64,000 bases of DNA. Source: Orbicella franksi (lineage: Eukaryota). Location: contig OZ116701.1 in NCBI GenBank assembly GCA_964199315.1, positions 8,742,001-8,806,000 on the forward strand, given 5' to 3'. Below, piece after piece: positions 25,301 to 35,650 of the stretch (its first letter is position 1; every line of letters starts with the position of its first letter). Under the pieces are notes generated by a model. It was given only the letters and a program-made list of their open reading frames with translations. It was not told the origin of the DNA and searched no databases. Both the position numbers and the translations under genes were made by a program.

Positions 25301-27268
25301 AACAGCAATCTGCACTAACCGTTCGAGGCTATGGACTCTTACTTTGCAAATCCTGGATATTACGTATTCCTTAATCTGTAAACAAACAACCAGTCTGTTG
25401 AGCCTCAATAGTTTCTTAAACACAAGAAAAAGTTCCTAGGAATGAGCAATGATAAGAAGTTAGAGTCAGTTGAATGAGGCTTTTTATCTTGAAGTGATTA
25501 GAATGGTGTTAAAAAGTTAACTCAGCTTTTATTGTTGTGTATAAAATGCAATTCAATGCATCCTGACAGATATACCGTTGTTGTCTCTGTATCTCAGTGT
25601 ATTTAATGTAGAGGTACCTGGTATTCATTTTCGCAAGCAATAGCTCATTCAAGGTCTTGGAAGACCTGGCTAATTATTCCTTTGAAGACTTTCAATTATC
25701 CTACTAATTCAACTTTCCTCGTGTGACTAGACTGTGATTAAACGGCCTCTCCATTACAGCTAAACGCACTATCAAACATTTTAAAGACTTTAATGTATGA
25801 TCAGGCCTTTCTTTGCTTTTTATTTACCAATTTCTTGAAAAACCACCCTATTGAAAACTAAGTTCATAACTAATTGCTCTAAACTTACGTGAAGCAGGAA
25901 CGTTTCGTTTATCCGATAGTCAGCCGCCTTGAGAAGTGCGAGGAGAGAATCTGTTTCTTGTATCGCCAAATTTATCTCACCCAGAGAATAATAATTTTCC
26001 ATCGCATCAAGAATTTTGGTAATTTGGTTGTAAAGTAGTTCTTCGCTTTGTGTTAAATCTGATTGATTAACCTGTAAAGTAAAGAACGGGCAGTCGATAA
26101 ATCTAAAGTGAACCCGATGCAAAGGCGTCAGTGTTTTTACTTTTAGACATTCTGTACGCTTGTCTTTAGATTTTTGCCACTCGTATTATATCAAAGTAGA
26201 ACGCATTTTCTGGGGGTAAAGATTCACCATGCAACATTTCTGTCAGACTGCCTTTAAAACTCACAGGTAACCACGTATGCTCCTGCTTCATGGGAAAAAT
26301 CGTCACTGGGAGTAAAGTGTTCTGCCAATAACCTCTTAGGCCGAAGGTCTCCACTTTCTATGCTAGAAATTCTGGAAGCCGGAAAAAAGTCGGCGTTTTT
26401 CTCTGTTTGTTACGGCGATACAGTCTTCTTTTTCCCTAGGAAATACAGGGCTTTGGCCTGACATATTAATTGCAGTATTTACTGATAACTTGACCTACAG
26501 GTTATAGCTGCATCAGTGACAATAGGTTTCTGTGTTTTTGTAAGAATACTTCAAGTGTACCGTAGAAGTCATCCCGACATTTTTTTTTAAACCCAAACCA
26601 TGCATACCTTGATCGACAACCCTATTTCTCTTGCGACTTCCGCGACATTGACAATGTCAACTTTAAGACGAACAACATTTTCTCCGAACAAGGGAGAAAT
26701 ATGAACTACGGTGAAGGACTGTACCCCATACGACAACATATCGTATTCCCCATGGTCTGATGCATGGTAGAATTCATATGTGAGAGGAACTCTGCTATCA
26801 TCCCATCCATGACAGGATATGTTGAGCCAAACGCCAACAGCGGTCTCCATAGTAAGTTGCGTGACATGACATGTTCCACCCGATGGGCCACCTAATGTGT
26901 CAAACTGGTAGGCTGCCCATCCGTATGAACCATCTGGTAACAGAGCATCTACTGTGATTCGGTATGACCAACCAGGTACGAGCATTTGCTGCTTGACAAC
27001 CAGGTTTTGGGAATCCTCTTGCGTAGCCAAGAAATTTGAAAAATTTGCATGGGGAATCCATTTGGAATATAGAAGACTAGTATTTTTTCTTAACATTTTC
27101 CATCGATATTTAAGGGATTTGGGACAACTAGCAGTGATGCAGTCAGTTCTGATGGAGATACCAGATGATGTTCTGGCTGGTGATAAACAGTTTAGGACGC
27201 ACCTGAAAGAAATATATCAAAGACAATTGAAGACAAAATTCTTTCCTCGCATTGTGCACTACACCGGT

Positions 27269-27507
27269 ATAGACCATTTTACAGTTTCCTGTTCAGTAAC
27301 CTGGCCTTTGAATGGCAGAGAGGCTGGAGGTGACCTTGTTTTGATACAGACATCACTGCTTTTGTTGTGTAAAACAAGTTGTTCTAATGCAAACTAGGTG
27401 CATTTACATGACAAAAGGAGAGAGGTCTGTATCAAAGCAAGGTCACCTGCAGCCTCGCTGCCATTTAAAGACCAGGTGACCGAGCAAAGAACTGTAAAAT
27501 GGTCTAT
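27269..27507. mobile_element. Intronic hairpin MITE (copy B equivalent at ~52275-52513)
   Basis: atagaccattttacag...ctgtaaaatggtctat ends, with ~110-bp imperfect arms (ggcctttgaatggcag..gaccttgttttgatacagac). Confidence 0.7.
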
Positions 27508-28679
27508 TACTCGGTGAAATCTCCCACACCACACTGGGACAGGGTCAAAATTTGTTTCATTAGAGGCCATGTTGTTGCCAACCTAATTCTTAATACCTTT
27601 GCGTTAGGAGATCAGCTTACAATGTATGTCATGAATGTGCTTTGAAGTTTTTATTTAGTTTGATGGAGGTTCTTTTTAGTGGACCCACGTAGCCACTTTG
27701 TCATTTGGATTACCTTTCTGAACCGTTTGCATGCACAAGGGATGCACAAAACAAAGACACGTCCATTTTGTGGTTTTGGGAATTTACTAGCACAAGAGGC
27801 TCACTCCAAGGGTCCCCGGCCATGTTAAACTTACATTATGCGAATGTCTACGAGCTCTCCATCATGGATGTGGACAATCTGCATCGCACTCTCTTTTCGG
27901 TAGTCTTTGCCAACTGTCAGCAATACATGGTATGTCTCGTTGTTGATCAGTTTCTCTGGGTCCAAAATCGCTTTTCCATTTTCTAATAATGGTAGAAATA
28001 TATCGCCTGGTGTTTGGAAAAGAGTTCCATCAGCGACTGATTCAAGAAGAGTATTTATTACGTTTCCCGAGCTTTTGAAAAGCATGCTGGTAGCTGCTTT
28101 GTTAAAACCAGAGACGTTCTTGCTCGCAGCTCTGAAACAAGACCAGTTAAAGGTCATTCCAAAGGAAGTTCCGTCTTCATTCTCAGGGTCGTAAGAAAAG
28201 CTAGCATCCAGCAAGATTGGCTTGCTGATAGATCGAAAAACTTCAGATCCTCCCGCAATGGAAGTTACGAGAGCTGATGTTTCTACCAGTAGGAAAGCGA
28301 AATCTCGAGCAGCCAGTTCAATTTCGGGCACTTGCAATTCAAATACTACAAGTTTTAGTCCTGTTGACAGTAACTCTGGCACTATATTGAGCTCATGAGT
28401 GTCGTGCACTACGAGCTCTGGAGTATCCGAAATGTTGAAAGGTGACAGTGTAAGCTTTTCAACTCTCCAATAAAACGAAGCTTGTCCTGAATGAATGTTT
28501 CCCAAGTTAAAAGACGCCACGAGCTTCCTTCTTTGATCGCGTCTCAACTTGATTGGACTGTCTGGTTGTGTGTCTGTATAGCGGATTGACACTTCATTTA
28601 AATGAGCGAGAGTATTACCTGAAAAGCAACGTGAAACACATCAAAGTTAAAACATTAAGTCGAATTTCGGACAAAACCA

Positions 28680-28760
28680 ACGCTACTACCACCATCACCA
28701 TCACCACCACCACCACCAACATCACCATCACCTTCATCACCGCTACTACCAGCAGCAGTA

Positions 28761-28793
<33 letters not shown>

Positions 28794-28830
28794 AGAACAA
28801 AAACAACAACGTACAACGACAACAACATTT
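28680..28830 (+). repeat. Compound trinucleotide microsatellite (ACC/ATC, AGC, AAC), intronic
   Basis: Directly visible, upstream of the splice acceptor at 28619-28621. The ACC run is longer in copy B (53690-53850). Confidence 0.9.
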
Positions 28831-31800
28831 GTTTCTCTTTTTTGAAGGTGCATCAATGCGGTGGTACTCGAATTGAAATGGATATCCATTTTTCGTAATA
28901 ACTTAATAGGTCTGTCATAATCTTGGTCACAAAGTTCTAACCTGTTGTGGTAGAAGCTGGTCTGCGTGGAAATATAAACCATCTAGACTGGATTAACCAA
29001 GTGCAGTAAATTCCTAACAATGGTTTAGCTCGTTGCTTCACTCTACTAAATTGATTTACGTCCTTCCATTTCAACTGGTATCATGGTAAATTCAAGGTTT
29101 ACCCACCGGGATTTTGGCACGCATCAACCTGCGGACGTTCAGGATAGAAGTATTTGCACCAGCATTCACAGGAATTGGGTGACGTTTGGATGCAGCGTGA
29201 ATATTTAGGACAAGCTGATGATGTAGAAGAGTATTATGCTAAATTAGTTGGCACTTAACATTGCCCGGAAGATCAGTAATGAGAATAGGGAGAATCTTCA
29301 ATGGGAGATAGTTGTCGCAATGTACTTCAAGCTGGAAAGAAAAACGTAAACTCCAGAGTAATCTGGAGTCCTGGAAATCAACCCAATTATTTCTTTCCCG
29401 ATCCCAGCGTCAGAAAACTGCGGACCTTGCGAGGTAAAAAAATTTATTTGAACCGCGGTGGGATTCGAAATCATGACGACTGAACTACGAGGCTAGACAG
29501 GAGCTGCTCGTTGCAAGATGTATCATATTGTCTATGTGAATGCTGCGAAACAAATTGAGATGACACTAATTCTGCCAATAATATGAACGTTTTAGACAAA
29601 ATGCGGTCGATGCTAATTCATTTGTGAATTTCACAGTGATGGACTACTGCTAATTAAAACAAGAAGCTGAATGTGGAATACTCTAGGCTCATGTAGGATT
29701 TAGCGTCTTATAAAATACCTTCACAGAACAATCCATCTCCAGTATAACCGCTCTGGCAGTGACATGTGAATGACCCGATGTTGTTAGAGCAGTCAGCATG
29801 TTGATGGCAATTGTGTTGTCCACTTGCGCACTCGTCGAGATCTACAGAAGTGGACCAAATGTCTTTCGTTATGCCTACCCTACCACTGATCGACAGAGAA
29901 ACGTTTGAATAATTATCTGCGAGCTCTCTGCTCTAACTTCTTTCGGAGAGCTAAACTTAAGCTGTGAATCAGTTATTATTTGATGTATTTTACCCAGTTC
30001 TATTAAACATTTTTTTCGCACATGATTGCCTAGGGAATTGCAGGTGACGTTAGCACTACTTTTTTTATTTTGTTTAGAGCGGTTTCCAATTGAGTGTCGA
30101 AAGTAATCTGGCAATTACTTTGTTTTTGGTTCTGGTTCTACTACGGTTTGAGATTGGCTTTGTACTCTTATTGGTATGTAACTGGTTTGGTTTTGGGCTT
30201 CCATTCCAGTGAACACCGCTCTAATAAAACAACGCAATAAATGTATGTACCTGCACATTGTCGGATGTCATCTCCCTGGTATCCAAGAACACAGGAGCAC
30301 GTGTAGGACCCTTCAGTATTGGAACATTTGGCAAGAAAATGGCAGGAATGCTGATCATTTGCGCACTCATTAATATCTAAAAAAAGACGAAATAGCTATA
30401 AAAGAAAATGTTACTATTTCGTAACTTTTAATTTGTGATACACAACCAACGAATTTGAAGTTGCTACGACTACGTGCCATAGCATGGATCTTTGACAACT
30501 TTTAAATTCTCGCTTTTAAATGCCGCTCTCAGGGGATAGAACCAATGCATGTGACGCAGGGTCAAATATACAGTACCGTCACTTACACACTTTCTGACAG
30601 AATCTTTTTATAAAGTAAAAATTGCTTTACTTCGGTGGGATTCGAGACCACCATGACTGAGCTATGAGGCCAGACAGGAGAAGCTCGTTACAAGTGTGAA
30701 CCGTATTGTCTACGTGAACACTGCGAGACAAATTAGGATGGCACTAAATCTGCTTACAATATGAGAGGTCTTAGACAAAGTTTGGTCCATGCTAATTCAT
30801 TTGCGAATTACACAGTGATGGACTTCTGCTAATTGAAATAAAAAGCGGCATGTGGAACACTCTGGGTAAATGTGGGATTTAGCTTGTTATAGAATACCTT
30901 CACAGAGCAATCCATCTCCAGTATAGCCGCTCTCGCAATGGCATGTGAATGAACCGATGTTGTTAGAACAGACGGCATGTTGATGGCAATTGTTTTGTCC
31001 ACTTGCGCACTCGTCGAGATCTACAGAAGTGGACCAAACGCTTTGCGTTATGCCACTGATCGACAGAGAAACGTTTGAATAATTATCTGCGAGTTCTTTT
31101 TCATCAATATCTAAAAACGACGATAGACTCTGTTAAAGAAAAGATTTACTTTTTCGTAATTTTTACGACACAAAGAGCGAAGCTGAACTCCCCATGACTA
31201 CGAAAGCATGGATCTTTGACAGTTTTTAAATTTTCAAATGCCGCTCTCAGGGCCGGGATAGAACCAAAGCATGCGAAACGGGGTCAAATATTTAGTGCCC
31301 TAACCTTCACACTTTCTCATAGAATCGTTTTAAAGTTGTTCGTCGACAAAATCGTGTTATATTTCACCAATCCTAAAACCATCTGTGGTACTTATACCTA
31401 AGTTTCTCGTTCGAAATGGAAACCACACATCCTCAAACATACCTACGCAGTTTTTACCATCTCCAGTGAAGCCTGGTATGCAGTCACAAGTATACGATCC
31501 TACGGTGTTTAAGCAGACTTCCAAATCTTGATCACAATCATGGTCTTCTGTTTGACATTCGTCGACGTCTGCAATCAACCGATAAGGTCAAGATTAACCA
31601 GAAGATGATGATGATTCTCAAGCATACACACTAATTTTGGGTCTATTAATATTGATAACCTACAGTTTCTGTTTTTTATCATAGACATGGATTGGAACCT
31701 TTGAAAAATTGAAACGGGAGACACCAATGGGACACATCATTTGCACACCGCCTTTAAAAGAACACTAATCATGGTTCCAGTCACAAGCAAAAATAACTGA

Positions 31801-33745
31801 TAACTTTTTACCTCCCATAAGCGTACACTCTCCTAAGCAGTAGATTTAGCTAGTTTCCAACGGTGTTCGCTTGCGTGGCTTTGACCGTATTAAAGTGACC
31901 GTATTAAAGTACCACATCCAATTTTGATTTAATGAAAATTGACTTATCTACTTCAATATCAGTCAAAGGGTAGGAACCTATGTACATTGCCAACATTTAT
32001 GTAAACGTTACGATTGACGAAAGTTTAAACAGGTTGATCTTGATATTGCTTGGCTATTCAGAATTCTTCACAGTTGCCAAGGCTTGATCGTCTCAACAAG
32101 GGTGTAACTATGTCTTTATATCTAGTGAATGAGAGTGATCTAACGTTATGGGAAGTAATGTGATGAACATACCTGTACAATCCGTGCCATCTCCTACATA
32201 TCCAAGAAGACAATGGCACGTATACGACCCTTCGGTGTTGAAGCAGTCGGCGAGTGAAGGATGGCAATGATACTGGTTATCGGCACACTCATCAACATCT
32301 ACAACAGTAACAACAATAAAAAGAAGTTTAGAAACTTGGAGATTTAGTCGCCTTGACAACGTGCCATGAATGCACCGGACACAATTAATATTATATCAAA
32401 TTTTCTTTCTAGTATTTGTTTTCAGACTAGAACAAGCAGGTTATCGTGGGAATTCACTGAATACTAACGAATTCACTGAGACGTCCTTGGTCTGATTTTG
32501 ATTCTAGCATCAATGTATTGTTTTTACATTGCACTATCTAAATTGAAATTTCACGAGTCAGCAACTTTGGTGTAAAGAACTGGAAAGCACTCGCAAAGAT
32601 TCCCCAGCTGAGTTTCTGTACGATTTTTACGACAACTATATTGCTAACTTCTATTCTTAACATAACGGACGTGGTGTGATATGGTTTCTTGAAGTAGGCA
32701 ACCTTGAAATATTAAAGACTTGGAGGCAAAATTAAACATGATTCGTGTAATTGTAACTCACCGATACACGATCTGCCATCGCCGGTGTATCCTTCGTTGC
32801 ATGCACAAGTGAAAGAGTCCTCTGTATTGGTGCAAGTCGCTGATGGATGACAGTCATGAGTGTTCGCCTTGCATTCATCGATATCTGTAAACATAGGGTA
32901 GCTCACAGGTAGATTTAATTAAAATTAGGCGACGCTCATACTTTTGAGGAAAATCCAATTATGGAGGTCTAGCCCGGAACAGTCTGACATGCTATTTGAC
33001 GTTTACTTTCATAATTTCTATTTACGCCATTACCTTCAGTTTATAGCCTACTTACTTGTCTTGATTAACTGTACTGTACACTGAGCTCAGTCAATTTAAG
33101 ATAATATAATTATTTTTCATGTTTATCCAGAAGAATTATCCGTTTATTATTTGATACCTCTAAACGGGGCAAACTATCAGACACAATAATATCTCATTCC
33201 GCCCCTGAGATATGCAAAATAGCGTGCTCTGCTCGTCTTTATACTGACACGTATTACCATTTAGAGGCATGATTGATGCAATGATCGTCTTAAACACAGA
33301 CGGATTATCTTTTTCAGCCAAGTGCGTCTCTTAGTTCAGATAGTTTGTCTTGACGTATGATCCATCTTGTGCCCGTTTTTATGTCGAGACGCACTTCTAG
33401 ATGTAATAACAAACGTGCCCAAGTTGGTCCACTTTAGCATTAAAGCAGCGAATGTTTTGTGAAAGCACCCTTTCATAATGCAAAATAAATATCTTTTAGT
33501 ATTCGCTAGTGAGTTTACGATTAGAAATGATAAAAGCAATTTCCAGAAATATTTAGTATAGAAGGAACTCACCTGCTGTTCCGTACACCTCCACTCTAAG
33601 ACAGTTCCATCGATGTTGCTTAGTTGGGTAAAACCGAATGTATCTTGCATAAACCGCTACTGGTAGCTTGTGTGTGTCAACTGTATCACTGTTACCATCC
33701 CTATGAAATTCCTGTCAGAAAGATACCCGAGAGTAATCCTTTATG

Positions 33746-33766
33746 TAATCAATCAATCAATCAATT

Positions 33767-33817
<51 letters not shown>

Positions 33818-33829
33818 TAATCAATCAAC
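33746..33829 (+). repeat. (AATC)n microsatellite, absent from copy B
   Basis: About 20 units are visible; it forms the right border of the 243-bp segment missing in copy B. Confidence 0.95.
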
Positions 33830-35254
33830 TTTATTTAAGTGTCTAAAAACTTTCAGTCAGCCCGGAGGCCGACTTATCAAGGACACTTCCAATAAGATTA
33901 CTATTAAATTAAGTTAAGTTAAGTTAAAAGTTACCTATCACTTCTTATCGTATATGTACAGATCTAAAATTCCATTAATATTTTAAAATACTTTATATAC
34001 GCTATAAAAGCATGCACGGTGCCAAACAAATGTGATTTTAGGCTGTCATTTTCTGAAATGTTGCATAGATTTCGGCCATTTTTGTTTCAAATAGGGCATG
34101 AGCCTGAAATTGGAATTGATGTATAGTTAAAACTGGGGAATATGAAGGCTCTTGTCAAATGCTGACGTAATGAAAATTACTTTCGCTTAACTTAACTGCA
34201 AATTACAACTAGGACGCGTACACTGACCACATAGGCATTACGTTTACAATGTCGTTAAATCTGGCCTGCTAATAGCTTATCCACGTAACTGCCCAATGGG
34301 TTCGACAGACAGAATGTATTAAGGACGATTCTTTCTGCTTTTTGATCCCCTCTCTCTCTTCGAATAATTTCCTCTCTGATTTTGACAGCGCACATGCTCT
34401 TCCAAATATGGAAGGGCCATATACATGTATGGTAGATATCACACAACGCTGGCTCGTTACCAACGTTTTAATTAGGTCTGAAATAGGGCAATGGCTTCAT
34501 CACATCGCAACTTGATCGAATAGCAGTGCTATGTACAACAAAATTGACGCAAATATATTACCCTAAAAACATACAGTTTTTTACATACCAAATGTCAGAT
34601 TTCCTTTTTAACTACAGTAAAGAACATCAAACTTACCACTTCAATGCCATTTCCATCTTTATAATTTGTCCATTTTTTCTCATCAGATGAATAAAACAGC
34701 TTGAAGTCTGTAACCCATTCATCATAATTGTCGTGATTTCTATCTCCCTGAGTAGCAACTGCACACAGTTGAAATACTTTTCCAAGGTCAACTTGAAGCC
34801 AGTCAGTACCGTTTTTCTCTTTTGCACACCAACCATCACCTCTGTTACCATGGAGTCGACCGTAAGCCGGTTGGTAATTATCGTCATCACGGTAAAAAGA
34901 CGAAGCTGTCATTTGATCGTCAGGGATTACATTTTGACTGGAAACGCCAATAGCGTTGTGGAGACATTTGTCGAGGTCTAGATGGAGGAGAATTTATTGC
35001 TAAGAAGGACAGGACTTGCCTTATCTTTTGTTCGCTTATGATTAAAATGTCTGCGTCGGATCAGCAAAAGATGGCTTCTCTGAAAGTGTTGTCCCTCCTT
35101 ACCATCCTAGCTCTAACTCGAAGGTTCCAACCTGTTTTCGAACATTTACGAATTTTAACGCTTCCCAGTCTTTGTTTCGCTCTTCACCCCAAATCTCGTG
35201 CCTGAGTACGAACATGGCGGGCACAATATATTAGAAACGAGACCATTTCGTACT

Positions 35255-35567
35255 TACCAGGCGTGAATAGGATCAGTGAAGAGATTCGAAGGCGAAGATG
35301 GAAGTGGACTGGACATGTACTTAGAATGGAGAGGAACAATGACTGCATGCATGGTGGCGATGGAGTTGCAGGTTGAAAAAAAAAAAATGAAATAAAATAA
35401 AATAAAATAAAGAGAGGGGGCCAAAGACCACATGGAGAAGGATAGTGGAAAAGGAGCGCAGACAGAAGGTTGGGCCAGCTAGGCAGAAGCTAGAGCGAGG
35501 CACAAGACAGTGTTGGTTGGAGAACGAAACTTGCCACCTAAAGGGTCTATTGGCGTGGAGAAAACTA

Positions 35568-35610
<43 letters not shown>

Positions 35611-35611
35611 T

Positions 35612-35647
<36 letters not shown>

Positions 35648-35650
35648 CGG
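35255..35650 (+). mobile_element. 3' end of an RTE-clade LINE with an (AAT/GATAAT)n tail, intronic and antisense to the host gene (copy B at ~60015-60412)
   Basis: Translates as PGVNRISEEIRRRRWKWTGHVLRMERNN...RGGPKTTWRRIVEKERR, the typical RTE ORF C-terminus (RW.GHV.R / RGRP.TW). It is interrupted by frameshifts and an (AAAAT)n run and is followed by a TAA-repeat tail. Confidence 0.75.

Noticed and set aside
26954-27397. 147-aa plus-strand ORF (also 51960-52403)
   Set aside because: Antisense to the REJ exon and runs into a MITE; no recognisable domain.
28553-28982. Thr/Ser-rich mucin-like or Leu/Val TM-like ORFs (also 53559-53912)
   Set aside because: An intronic microsatellite; exon 29107-29214 splices in phase directly to the acceptor at 28618.
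33746-35650. Short periodic arrays as CRISPR-like repeats
   Set aside because: Simple microsatellites without unique spacers, in a eukaryotic intron, with no cas genes.
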